This document shows positions 46,699 through 55,570 of a DNA stretch of 64,000 bases, one piece after another. The notes beneath the pieces were generated by a model. That model saw only the letters and a program-made list of their open reading frames with translations, did no database searches and had not been told where the DNA came from. The stretch lies in assembly GCA_035702105.1 (NCBI GenBank), contig DASSQZ010000235.1, forward strand, positions 2,549 to 66,548, written 5' to 3'. The number at the start of each line of letters is the position of its first letter. The stretch's first letter is position 1. The DNA comes from Myxococcales bacterium. Lineage in GTDB: Bacteria; Myxococcota; Myxococcia; Myxococcales; 40CM-4-68-19. Both the position numbers and the translations under genes were made by a program.

Positions 46699-47325
46699 AT
46701 GCAGTGCCCGGACGACGGCAACAAGGCCCGGCGCGCGTTCTGCCGCCAGAACTACCCGGCGGGCTTCACCGCCATTGTCCCCATCCATCAGGGGATCTTC
46801 GTGCACGACACCCGCACCGGACAGACCAGGGCGGTCGCGACCGCGCCGAAGGACTTCGATGACTTCGTCTACTGGAACTTCTCCGGCATGGTCCCCGGCA
46901 CCGGCGAGTCCGACGAGACCGGCGAACCGGCGCGCTGGCGCTCCGCCGCGTTCGTTGCCGTCTCCGGCCTGGTGGACGGTCAGCTCCAGGACGCGACCGC
47001 GCATACGGTATTCAAGGCGCGGACCGGCCCGATCGTGAACGGCACGTGGATGAACCCCGTCGACGGCATCTACCTGGGGCAGAGCCCGGGCCGGTCGCCG
47101 CTGCGCACCGTGGTCGAGAGCGGGATGGCGGGCACGCTGTTCGATCCCGCCGCCACCTACCTCGACGAGCTCACCGGCGAGGTCCGGGTGTTGCCCGTCA
47201 CGGCGATGGGGATCGAGCGCGACGGGTTCCGCGGCAACACGCTCGCGGTCACCATCAGCATGGGGACGGAAGAGGCCGGCTGGGCAGGCATCTACCTGGC
47301 CACCGTCGTTCCGCTCGCGGACTGA
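46699..47325 (+). CDS. Probable N-terminally truncated repeat protein (GIF/GIYL ... AF-type beta-propeller-like repeats)
   Basis: Listed ORF 46648..47325 (TTG); first ATG at 46699. No signal peptide. Repeated ..GI(F/Y)(V/L)......G......V... blocks look like the C-terminal part of secreted repeat proteins. The coding signal does not continue upstream in this frame. Confidence 0.45.
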   Translation: MQCPDDGNKARRAFCRQNYPAGFTAIVPIHQGIFVHDTRTGQTRAVATAPKDFDDFVYWNFSGMVPGTGESDETGEPARWRSAAFVAVSGLVDGQLQDATAHTVFKARTGPIVNGTWMNPVDGIYLGQSPGRSPLRTVVESGMAGTLFDPAATYLDELTGEVRVLPVTAMGIERDGFRGNTLAVTISMGTEEAGWAGIYLATVVPLAD

Positions 47326-47391
47326 GCGAGGCTCTCGGCGGGGTCCGCGGAGCGATGGACGGGCGCGGGTCGGCGGCGACTCGCGCTCACC

Positions 47392-47652
47392 TCACGCCGC
47401 GGCGGCCTTCTTGCGCGACACGTACGCCGCCACCTGGGCGATGGAGTCCAGGTTCTCCGGCACCATCTCGTCGTCCTCGACGTGGACGCCGAACTCACGC
47501 TCGATGAAGCCGATCAGCTCCAGCACGCCGGTGGAATCGATGATGCCCATGTCGAGCAGCGAGCTCTGGTCGGCGAGCGCGGCTGCGTCGGCGACGTAGA
47601 AGTTCTCCACGATGTACCGGCGAACGCGCGCTGCGATGTCCACGTCGCTCAT
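47392..47652 (-). CDS. Acyl carrier protein
   Basis: 86 aa. Phosphopantetheine attachment motif LDMGIIDSTGVLELI (DS). The start overlaps the stop of the upstream methyltransferase gene (ATGA). Confidence 0.85.
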   Translation of the reverse strand: MSDVDIAARVRRYIVENFYVADAAALADQSSLLDMGIIDSTGVLELIGFIEREFGVHVEDDEMVPENLDSIAQVAAYVSRKKAAAA

Positions 47653-48359
47653 TCCTTCTTCCTGGTCGCCACGACCACCCGCGGGTTGCCCTCGGCGTCG
47701 TTGCGGGTTGAGGGAGTCTCGAATGCGGGGGCGCGCGAGAAAAGTAGCATCACCTGGCGCTCCTGCGCGAGGCCGATTTCGAAGGCGAGAACGCCGCCGG
47801 TGCGGAGGAACGCCGGCGCTTCACGGATGACGCGCTGGTGCACGGTCAGTCCGTAGGGACCGCCGTCGAAGGCCTCGCGCGGCTCGTGGGCGAGCAGGCC
47901 CGCCAGCTCGCCCGCCAGCCGGTTGCGGGAGATGTAGGGCGGGTTGCAGACGATGGAATCGAAGCTTCCTTCGAGGCCCAGGCCGGCGAGGGGCGCGAAG
48001 AGATCGCCCTGGAAGACCTTGACCCGATCCCCGAGGCCCAGTTGCTCCACGTTGTCGCGGGCGATCCGCACCGCGTCCGCCGTGACGTCCGACGCCCACA
48101 TCTCCAGATCCGGCAACCTCGCGGCGATGCCGCAGGCCAGGTTTCCCGATCCGCAGCACATGTCGAGTGCGCGGAGCCCTCTGCCGCTGGCGCTGCGCGC
48201 CCGCAGGAGCTCGACCGCGGTCTCGCCGAGCAGCTCCGTTTCCGGGCGCGGCACCAGCGCGCCCGGCGCGATGCGGAGCGAAAGCCCCATGAAGGCGGCG
48301 TGGCCCTCGAGGTAGGCGCGGGCGACGTCCAGGCCTCCGGCGGCTTCGCGGCGGCTCAT
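47649..48359 (-). CDS. HemK/PrmC-like class I SAM-dependent methyltransferase (NPPY type)
   Basis: 236 aa from ATG 48359. PRPETE, SAM motif LDMCCGSGNL, and catalytic NPPY (IVCNPPYI). The start overlaps the stop of the ligase gene (ATGA, 48356-48359). Confidence 0.8.
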   Translation of the reverse strand: MSRREAAGGLDVARAYLEGHAAFMGLSLRIAPGALVPRPETELLGETAVELLRARSASGRGLRALDMCCGSGNLACGIAARLPDLEMWASDVTADAVRIARDNVEQLGLGDRVKVFQGDLFAPLAGLGLEGSFDSIVCNPPYISRNRLAGELAGLLAHEPREAFDGGPYGLTVHQRVIREAPAFLRTGGVLAFEIGLAQERQVMLLFSRAPAFETPSTRNDAEGNPRVVVATRKKE

Positions 48360-49912
48360 GCCAGCCCCGTCTTCTTGATCTTGCCGCTGGTGGTCTTGGG
48401 CAGCTCGGGCAACAGCTCGACGAATTTCGGCACCATGAAGTTCTCCAGCCGCTTCTGGCATTCGCGCTGCACGTCCGCGGCGGTCAGCGTAGCCCCCTGC
48501 TCCAGCACGACGAAGGCCTTCACCGCCTGCCCGAGGATCTCGTCGGGAACGCCGATCACCGCCGCTTCCTTCACTCCGGCGATGACGTAGCGCGCCGCCT
48601 CCACTTCCTTGGGCGCCACCTTCTCGCCGCGGGACTTGATGATGTCGTCCATGCGGCCCACGAAGTAGAGATATCCCTCCTCGTCGAGGCGGCAGAGGTC
48701 GCCGGTATAGAGCACCTGCTCGCCGGGCAGCGGTCCGGGCCTGAGCTTCTTCGCGGTCTCTTCCGGCTTCTCCCAGTAGCCCTTCATCACCGTGGCGCCG
48801 CGGATCACCAGTTGCCCGACCACGCCCGGTCCCGCCCGCGCATCGTTCTCGTCCACGATCCAGAGCTCGGTGTTGGGGATGGCGATGCCCACGCTGTCGG
48901 GCTTGCGGGCCAGGTCCTGGGGCGGCAGGTACGTGCAGCGCTTGCACTCGGTGAGCCCGTACATGCTGAAGATGCGCGCGCGCGGAAAGATGCGCCCGAG
49001 CGCGGTGATGTGCTTGACCGGCAGCGCCGCCGCCGTGTTGGTCACCGCGCGGATGCGGGAGAAGTCGAAGCTGCCCAGCGTCTTCAGCTCGGCGAGGATG
49101 GCGAAGATGGTGGGGACGCCGGGAAAGAAGGTGACCCCTTCCTCGACCACTTGCGAGAGCACCTGCGCAGGATACGTGAACGAGCGCTCCAGCACGAGCC
49201 GCGCTCCCTGCCGGAAGGAGAGGATCATCTGGTAGAGGCCGTAGTCGAAGGCCAGCGGCAGGACCCCCAGCACCACGTCGTCCTCGCGCAGGTCCAGGTA
49301 CTCGGAGATGGAGGCGGCCGCGGTGAGCATGTTGCGGTGGGTCAGCATCACGCCCTTGGGATCGCCGGTGCTCCCCGAGGTGTAGATCAGCGCGGCGAGA
49401 TCGATGTCGATGCAGGCCCTGCGCGGGGCAAGGCTCCTTTCGCCGCCCGCCAGCGCCTCGTCCCACGAGCAGAGGCCGGGCAGCCCGCGGCAGCGCTCCG
49501 CGTCGAGCGCGCCGGAGACGATCACGCAGCCCAGGTGCGGGCTCTTGCGCGCGGCCTCGGCCCACGCCGGCGTGAGGTGCCCGTCGGTGATGAGCGCCCT
49601 GGCGCGGCAGTCGTTGAGGAGCCAGGCGAGCTTGTCGGCCTTGGTGAGCGGGTTCACGACCGAGACCACCGCGTTGGCCTTGAGCACGCCCCAGAACGAG
49701 ACCGCCGCCTCCACCGTGTTGTCGGCGAAGACGATGACGCGGTCGCCGCGCCGCACGCCTCGCGCCTCCAGCGCATGGGCCAGGGCGTTGGAGCGCGCGT
49801 CCATCTCCCGGTAGCTGACGCGGCTCTTCCGATGGGTCAGCGCCTCCTTCGCCGGGAGGCGCCGCGCGGTGTCGGTAAGCAGGTCGTGGAGCAGGGGAAC
49901 GGCGCCGGGCAT
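48356..49912 (-). CDS. AMP-dependent acyl-CoA/acyl-ACP ligase (adenylate-forming enzyme)
   Basis: 518 aa from ATG 49912. Core motifs YTSGSTGDPKG, YGLTE, YTGDL...GR.DD.IKSRGEKV and PKTTSGKI. Confidence 0.9.
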   Translation of the reverse strand: MPGAVPLLHDLLTDTARRLPAKEALTHRKSRVSYREMDARSNALAHALEARGVRRGDRVIVFADNTVEAAVSFWGVLKANAVVSVVNPLTKADKLAWLLNDCRARALITDGHLTPAWAEAARKSPHLGCVIVSGALDAERCRGLPGLCSWDEALAGGERSLAPRRACIDIDLAALIYTSGSTGDPKGVMLTHRNMLTAAASISEYLDLREDDVVLGVLPLAFDYGLYQMILSFRQGARLVLERSFTYPAQVLSQVVEEGVTFFPGVPTIFAILAELKTLGSFDFSRIRAVTNTAAALPVKHITALGRIFPRARIFSMYGLTECKRCTYLPPQDLARKPDSVGIAIPNTELWIVDENDARAGPGVVGQLVIRGATVMKGYWEKPEETAKKLRPGPLPGEQVLYTGDLCRLDEEGYLYFVGRMDDIIKSRGEKVAPKEVEAARYVIAGVKEAAVIGVPDEILGQAVKAFVVLEQGATLTAADVQRECQKRLENFMVPKFVELLPELPKTTSGKIKKTGLA

Positions 49913-49920
49913 TTCGCTTC

Positions 49921-51948
49921 CTAGCGTTGGGGATGCACTCGATCGACGAGCGTGCGCAGGGTCAGGGCGGGAAGGCTTCCGGGAGCGCGCCGGATCATCT
50001 GCTCGTAGAGGAGCTGGGTGGAGAGCACCCCCACGAGGCCCATGTTGTCGGCGTTGGAGAACTGCCCGGTCCCTCCGGTGGCCCGGCACTTCTTCCAGAG
50101 CTGGAGCACGGTCGGGGGATCGAAGACTCCGGCGTCGCGCAGCGAGCGCTCCGAGAGGCACGCCTCGATCCAGTCGGGCGGGGCCGAAGGGCCTCCCACG
50201 AAGGCGAGCGCGTCCGGGGCGCGGTAGGGCTGCTTCTTGCGCGCGACGATCTCGTCGGGCACGAGCCCCCGGGAGATCTCCTTGAGCACGCGCTTCTCGT
50301 CGAGCCCCTGCAGCTTGTACGAGGCGGGGAGCGAGTTGGCGAGCTCCACCACCTCCGCGTCGAGGAAGGGAAAGCGTCCCTCCACGCTCCACTGCATCAG
50401 CATCCGGTCGCCCTGCGATGAGAGCAGGTACCCGGCGAGCAGCGTGCGCACCTCGAGGTACTGGTCCTGCGCCAGGTCGCTCCAGCGCGCGAACGCGGGC
50501 GGCAGCTCGCCCAGGACGGAGTCGCGCGGGTCGGCCCTCGATGCCGCCTTCAGCTCGCGCGAGAAGAGCCGCTGGAGCGCTTCCGCCGACGACCAGCGCG
50601 GCTCGTGCGAGAACCCCGGCTTGCGGGAATCTGCCAGCCCGCGGCCGAAGAACTTCTGCGCCATGGCGCGCTGGGCGACCGGAGAGCGGGAGAGGTAGGG
50701 ATAGAGCCGCTCGAGCAGGCGCGGCCGCCATTGCGACTGCGGCTGCCGCGCCCAGAAGCGCCGCACCCGCGCCTCGCGGAAGAGATCGTAGCCGGCGAAC
50801 ATCTCGTCGGCCCCTTCGCCGGTGAGCACCACCTTGATGCCGCTCTCGTGCACCAGCCGCGAGAGCAGCGAGAGGGGCGCGGGCGCGGTGCGCAGGATGG
50901 GCCGCTCGGCGTGGAGGATCACGTCGGGAAAGACGCGGGCGATGTCCCTGCGCGAGACCACCACCTCGGCGTGCTCGGTGCCGAGCCGCGCCGCCATCTG
51001 CCGCTGGAAGGGAGTCTCGTCGTACTCCGCGTCCTCGAAGCGCAAACTATAGGTCTGGAAGCGTTCGCCCTTCACCTCGCGGCCCAGCGCGGCGACGAGC
51101 GAGCTGTCGAGGCCGCCGGAGAGATAGCTGCCCACCGGCACGTCGGAGCGGAGCATCCGCTGCTCCACCGCCCTGGTGAGCGCGCCGCGGACGGCCTTCG
51201 CCGCGTCGGCGAACGAGCCCGCGAAGAGTCCCGGCGTGCCCTCGGCGCGCGACTCCGGGAAGGACGGACTCCAGAAGATCTCCTCGCGCACCGCCCCGGA
51301 GCGCGCATGGGTCCGCACGTGTCCCGGGGGCAGCTCCTCCACGCCGGCGAATGCGGTGCGGGGCGCCACCGGCGACCAGAGGCAGAACGTCTGCCGCAGC
51401 CCTTCGGGGTCGAGGGCGCGCGGGATCGCGGGATCGGCCGCGAAGATGGCCTTGGCCTCCGAGGCGAAACGCAACCTGCCGCCGTACGTGCAGAGGTGGA
51501 GAGGGCGCACGCCGAGCCGGTCGCGCGCCAGCACCAGCTCCTCGCGGCGCGAGTCCCAGAGGGCCACCGCGAACTGGCCGTTGAAGCGCGAGAAGCACTG
51601 CGAGCGCCACTCCTCGAAGGCGTGGACGATCACCTCGGTGTCCGAGCGCGTGCGGAAGCGGTGGCCGAGCGCTGCCAGCTCCTCGCGCAACTCGAGGTAG
51701 TTGAAGATCTCGCCGTTGAAGGAGATCCAGATGCTTTCGTCCTCGTTGCAGAGCGGCTGCTGGCCGCTCTTCACGTCGATGATGGAGAGGCGCGCGTGCG
51801 CGAGCCCGCAGCGCGCGTCGCGGTAGATGCCGAACTCGTCGGGTCCGCGGTGGCGCAGCGCGGCGGCCATGCGCTGGAGCGCGGCCAGGTCGGGAGCGGA
51901 TCCGCTCCCCCCGCCCGGAAGGACGAGCTCCCCGGCAATGCCGCACAT
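49921..51948 (-). CDS. asnB: Asparagine synthase (glutamine-hydrolysing) family amidotransferase
   Basis: 675 aa. N-terminal nucleophile Cys2 (MCGIAG). Synthetase-domain PP-loop-like SGGLDSS. Longer than housekeeping AsnB, like polysaccharide- or lipid-associated paralogues. Confidence 0.9.
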   Translation of the reverse strand: MCGIAGELVLPGGGSGSAPDLAALQRMAAALRHRGPDEFGIYRDARCGLAHARLSIIDVKSGQQPLCNEDESIWISFNGEIFNYLELREELAALGHRFRTRSDTEVIVHAFEEWRSQCFSRFNGQFAVALWDSRREELVLARDRLGVRPLHLCTYGGRLRFASEAKAIFAADPAIPRALDPEGLRQTFCLWSPVAPRTAFAGVEELPPGHVRTHARSGAVREEIFWSPSFPESRAEGTPGLFAGSFADAAKAVRGALTRAVEQRMLRSDVPVGSYLSGGLDSSLVAALGREVKGERFQTYSLRFEDAEYDETPFQRQMAARLGTEHAEVVVSRRDIARVFPDVILHAERPILRTAPAPLSLLSRLVHESGIKVVLTGEGADEMFAGYDLFREARVRRFWARQPQSQWRPRLLERLYPYLSRSPVAQRAMAQKFFGRGLADSRKPGFSHEPRWSSAEALQRLFSRELKAASRADPRDSVLGELPPAFARWSDLAQDQYLEVRTLLAGYLLSSQGDRMLMQWSVEGRFPFLDAEVVELANSLPASYKLQGLDEKRVLKEISRGLVPDEIVARKKQPYRAPDALAFVGGPSAPPDWIEACLSERSLRDAGVFDPPTVLQLWKKCRATGGTGQFSNADNMGLVGVLSTQLLYEQMIRRAPGSLPALTLRTLVDRVHPQR

Positions 51949-52111
51949 GGCTGCGGACTATAACCGCAAGAGCGGAATTGTTCGGAAACATCTCACGGGT
52001 CGTTGGTCGTAGTCCGGGGCACCTTGTCGCACCCGGTGTGGGAGGAAGTGCGTTCTCGATCCGGATTGCGCGCAATGCGCGGCGCGCGCGGCGTGGTGAT
52101 AAAACCGGGGC

Positions 52112-52639
52112 ATGCCGATCCGTTGGCTCCACGCGGTGGCGGCGTTCCTGCGGCTGCAGTGGCTGCGGCTCCGCGCCGAGGTCGCCCCTGGGGTCAAGGT
52201 CGCCGGGCGGGTCTGGCTTCCGGGCACCGGCCGGGTGGCGATCGGGGCGCGCGCGCGCCTGAGCGGACCCTGCGCGCCCATCGAGCTGCGCGCCGAGCAC
52301 ACGGCGGAGCTGCTGCTCGAAGACGACGTGGTGGTGGAGGACGGCTGCTCCATCGAGGCCACGGAACAGGTGCGCATCGGAGCGCGCAGCCGGCTGGGCG
52401 CCTTCTGCAAGGTGCTCGACAACCACCTGCACGGGGGCGCCGGCGACTTCTCCCGGCGGCCGCCGGGGCGGCCGGTGGTGGTCGAGGAGGACTGCATCAT
52501 CGGGCCGCATGCCATCCTGCTGCCCGGCGCTCACGTGGGCCGCGGCAGCCAGGTGGGCCCGGGCACGGTGGTCTCGAAGCGGATTCCGCCCGGCTCGCAC
52601 TTCGCCGGCATGCCGCCCATCCTCCGGAGCCGCACATGA
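52112..52639 (+). CDS. Hexapeptide-repeat (left-handed beta-helix) acyltransferase
   Basis: 175 aa. Imperfect [LIV]-G-x4 hexads ([36 protein letters not shown]). Confidence 0.75.
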   Translation: MPIRWLHAVAAFLRLQWLRLRAEVAPGVKVAGRVWLPGTGRVAIGARARLSGPCAPIELRAEHTAELLLEDDVVVEDGCSIEATEQVRIGARSRLGAFCKVLDNHLHGGAGDFSRRPPGRPVVVEEDCIIGPHAILLPGAHVGRGSQVGPGTVVSKRIPPGSHFAGMPPILRSRT

Positions 52640-53229
52640 GCGAGACCGCCGCCGTGCTGCCCGCCTCTTCGCCCGGCCGCAGGCAGCTCACGCCCGCCCT
52701 GGTGACGAACCGGCTGCTCTCGCTCCTGCGCGCGCGCTGGTACCTGCGCGGGGCCGCGCTCTCGGGCCGGGTCTACTCCATGGGCAGGCTGGTCGTGAGC
52801 GGGGCCCGGCAGATGCGGGTGGCCCACCGCGCCTTCTTCCTGCGCGGAATGCTGCCGACCGAGCTTCGCTGCTCCCCGGGCGGATGCCTGGAGATCGGCG
52901 AGTCGTCCGGCTTCAACTACGGCGTATCGCTGGTCGCGACCGAGCGGATCAGCATCGGCGAGCGCTGCAACTTCGGCGCGATGGTGAGGGTGCGCGACGA
53001 CGACGGCCTGCGCCGGGCGCCGGTCACCATCGGCAATGACGTCTGGATCGCGCACGGGGCGATGATCGAGCCGGGCGTGAGCATCGGCGACGGCGCGGTG
53101 GTCTCGGCGGGAGCGGTGGTGACCTCCGACGTTCCCGCGCGCATGCTGGCGGCGGGAAACCCGGCGAGGTGCATGCCGCTGCGGGCGCGGGCGGGAATGG
53201 CGCAGCGCGGGGACGACTCAAAATCCTGA
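52636..53229 (+). CDS. Second hexapeptide-repeat acyltransferase
   Basis: 197 aa from ATG 52636, overlapping the previous stop (ATGA). [42 protein letters not shown], and a C-terminal ..AGNPAR.. block as in WcaF/maltose-O-acetyltransferase-like enzymes. Confidence 0.8.
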   Translation: MSETAAVLPASSPGRRQLTPALVTNRLLSLLRARWYLRGAALSGRVYSMGRLVVSGARQMRVAHRAFFLRGMLPTELRCSPGGCLEIGESSGFNYGVSLVATERISIGERCNFGAMVRVRDDDGLRRAPVTIGNDVWIAHGAMIEPGVSIGDGAVVSAGAVVTSDVPARMLAAGNPARCMPLRARAGMAQRGDDSKS

Positions 53230-53282
53230 GACGCTGCGCCGGGCCTCCAGCCGCCGGGGACGGCGCGGCGCAGATTCGCGCT

Positions 53283-54482
53283 TCATCCGTGCGCCTGGCG
53301 CAGCACCAGGCCGGCCACGCCCGCAGCCACGATCACCAGCGGCTCGGGGACCTTGCGCAGCTTCCAGAGCGCGAGCAGCGTGAAGAGGAAGATCAGCACG
53401 GTGGGCAGGTCGAGGATGGCGCGCCGGCCCAGCACCCAGGTCGCCCCGGCGATGGCGCCGGTGGCCGCGGCGGTGACGCCGTCCACGAACGACTTGATCT
53501 GGGAGACCCTGGCCCAGCGCCGGTAGTAGGGCGCGGGGATGATGACGAACAGGTAGCAGGGAAGGAAGACGCCGACGGCGGAGACGATTGCGCCGCCCAG
53601 GCCGGCGACGAGGTAGCCGATGAAGGCGACCGTGATCACTACCGGTCCCGGCGTGATCATCGCCACCGCCACGGCGTCGAGGAACTGGCGCTCGTCGAGC
53701 CAGCGCATCTCGGTGACCACGCCGCCATGGAGGAAGGGGACGATGGCGAGGCCGCTTCCGAAGACCACCGCGCCCGCCACGGCGAAGAACCAGAAGATCT
53801 TCCAGACCAGCGCGGCGCCGGCCGGCTCGCCCAGGCCGCCGAGCACCCAGTGGGGAAGGGCCGCGAGCATGGCCGCGGACGCGCCCGCCCGGAAGGGCGT
53901 GCGCACGAGCATGACCAGCACGCCTCCGGCGAGGAAGATCCAGAGGATCTCCTTTTCGGTGTAGCCGGTGACCGCGGCGCTGACGGCGAACACGATCCAG
54001 AGCAGGCTGTCGCGCGCCAGCGTGAGCCGCACCAGCTTCACCGCGCTGCGCGCGATGATCGCGATCACCGCCGCGCCGATGCCGTAGAAGGCGCCCTGCA
54101 TCCAGGGCAGGCCGCCGTACTTCACGTAGAAGGCGGAGATGGCGAGCACCATCAGGAAGGAAGGGGAGATGAAGGCGAGGCTCACCAGCGTCGCGCCGGC
54201 GACCCGGGCGCGCACCCAGCCGAGGTAGATGGCGAGCTGGGCGGCGAGCGGACCCGGCGCGAGCTGCGCCAGCGCGAGGCCCTCCACGTAGTCCTGCCGG
54301 GAGATCCAGCGGCGCCGCTCCACCAGGTCGCGCTGCATGTAGCCGGCGAGCGCGATGGGCCCGCCAAAACCAAACGTGCCGAGCCGGAGGAAGTAGAGGA
54401 GCAGCTCGCGGATGGAGCAGGGGACCAGGGCTTCCGCGGCGGCCTCGGGAGCGGTGGATTCCGGCGCGCTGGAAGCTTTCAT
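53283..54482 (-). CDS. chrA: Chromate ion transporter ChrA, copy 2
   Basis: 399 aa. FLRLGTFGFGGPIALAGYMQRDLVERRRWISRQDY and a second CHR half (..VFGSGLAIVPFLHGGVV..RWLDERQFLDAVA..). High GC3, like the bulk of the window. Confidence 0.9.
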   Translation of the reverse strand: MKASSAPESTAPEAAAEALVPCSIRELLLYFLRLGTFGFGGPIALAGYMQRDLVERRRWISRQDYVEGLALAQLAPGPLAAQLAIYLGWVRARVAGATLVSLAFISPSFLMVLAISAFYVKYGGLPWMQGAFYGIGAAVIAIIARSAVKLVRLTLARDSLLWIVFAVSAAVTGYTEKEILWIFLAGGVLVMLVRTPFRAGASAAMLAALPHWVLGGLGEPAGAALVWKIFWFFAVAGAVVFGSGLAIVPFLHGGVVTEMRWLDERQFLDAVAVAMITPGPVVITVAFIGYLVAGLGGAIVSAVGVFLPCYLFVIIPAPYYRRWARVSQIKSFVDGVTAAATGAIAGATWVLGRRAILDLPTVLIFLFTLLALWKLRKVPEPLVIVAAGVAGLVLRQAHG

Positions 54483-54506
54483 CGGATTCAGTTGCGCGAG
54501 GGCTCG

Positions 54507-54534
54507 TTGACAGCGGATACGGCTGCACTATAAC
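54507..54534 (+). promoter_or_regulatory. Near-consensus sigma-70 promoter for chrB, implying a leaderless mRNA
   Basis: TTGACA (54507-54512), 16-nt spacer, TATAAC (54529-54534). Only 6 nt separate the -10 from GTG 54541, and there is no Shine-Dalgarno sequence. Confidence 0.5.
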
Positions 54535-54540
54535 GCACCG

Positions 54541-55539
54541 GTGGCGGAAAGCGAGAAGAGCGCGCGCGAGCCGGGCTGGCTCCTGCTCATCCACCAGATT
54601 CCGCCCAGGCCCAACTACTTCCGGGTGAAGATCTGGCGCAGGCTGCAGAAGCTGGGCGCCATCGCCATCAAGAACTCGGTCTACGCCCTGCCCGCCGGCG
54701 AGCAGGCGCAGGAGGACCTGAACTGGATCCTGCGCGAGATCGTCGAGGGCGGCGGCGACGCCTCGCTGGTCGAGGCGCGGCTGGTCGAGGGTCTCGACGA
54801 CGAGCAGGTGAGGGAGATGTTCCGCGCCGCGCGCGATGCCGATTACCAGGCGGTGGCGGAGGAGGTGCGGAAGGCGGCGCGCGGCCTTCCCCGCAAGGGA
54901 GAGATGTCGGAGGAGAAGCGGGCGGAGCTTTCCGCCGCGCTGGCGAAGCTGCACAAGCGGCTGGGCGAGATCGCCGCCATCGATTTCTTCCACGCGCGCA
55001 GCAGGGAGGCGGTGGACGGGCTCCTCCGCGAGCTGGAAGAGAAGGCCGCGGCGCGCGCGCCTGCGGGGCCGGAGGCGGACTCGCTGCCGCCGCAACGGCC
55101 GCGCGGCGCCACCTGGGTGACCCGCACCGGCATCCACGTCGACCGGATGGCGAGCGCATGGCTCATCCGCCGCTTCATCGATCCCCAGGCGAAGTTCAGG
55201 TTCGTGGCGGCGCGCGAGCATCGGCACCAGTCCGGCGAGCTGCGCTTCGACATGTTCGACGGCGAGTTCACCCACCAGGGCGAGCTCTGCTCGTTCGAGG
55301 TGCTGTTGGCCCGCTTCGAGATCGCCGATCCGGCCCTGCGGGCCATCGCCGAGATCGTCCACGACATCGATCTCAAGGACGAGAAGTACGGCCGGGCCGA
55401 CAACGCCGGGTTCGAGCACCTGGTCAACGGCATCGCGCTGGCCCATCCGGAGGACGAGGCGCGGCTCGAGCGCGCCTGCGCGGTGCTCGACGACCTCTAC
55501 GAATATTTCCGGCGCAAGCGGCGGGGAGGGGAGGCCTGA
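54541..55539 (+). CDS. chrB: Chromate resistance protein ChrB
   Basis: 332 aa, GTG start. N-terminal WLLLIHQIPPRPNYFRVKIWRRLQKLGA..KNSVYALP and a C-terminal rhodanese-like half (..HVDRMASAWLIRRFIDP.A.F.F..) as in ChrB. Divergent from chrA copy 2. Confidence 0.85.
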   Translation: MAESEKSAREPGWLLLIHQIPPRPNYFRVKIWRRLQKLGAIAIKNSVYALPAGEQAQEDLNWILREIVEGGGDASLVEARLVEGLDDEQVREMFRAARDADYQAVAEEVRKAARGLPRKGEMSEEKRAELSAALAKLHKRLGEIAAIDFFHARSREAVDGLLRELEEKAAARAPAGPEADSLPPQRPRGATWVTRTGIHVDRMASAWLIRRFIDPQAKFRFVAAREHRHQSGELRFDMFDGEFTHQGELCSFEVLLARFEIADPALRAIAEIVHDIDLKDEKYGRADNAGFEHLVNGIALAHPEDEARLERACAVLDDLYEYFRRKRRGGEA

Positions 55540-55570
55540 CGCCGCGGCGCGAAGAGGGGCAGGCGGGAGG

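Noticed and set aside
49921-51948. Lasso-peptide / RiPP cluster nucleated by the asparagine-synthase homologue
   Set aside because: The protein keeps the N-terminal Cys2 glutaminase nucleophile (MCGIAG) of true AsnB-type amidotransferases. There is no transglutaminase-like or PqqD-like gene, and no short precursor ORF nearby.
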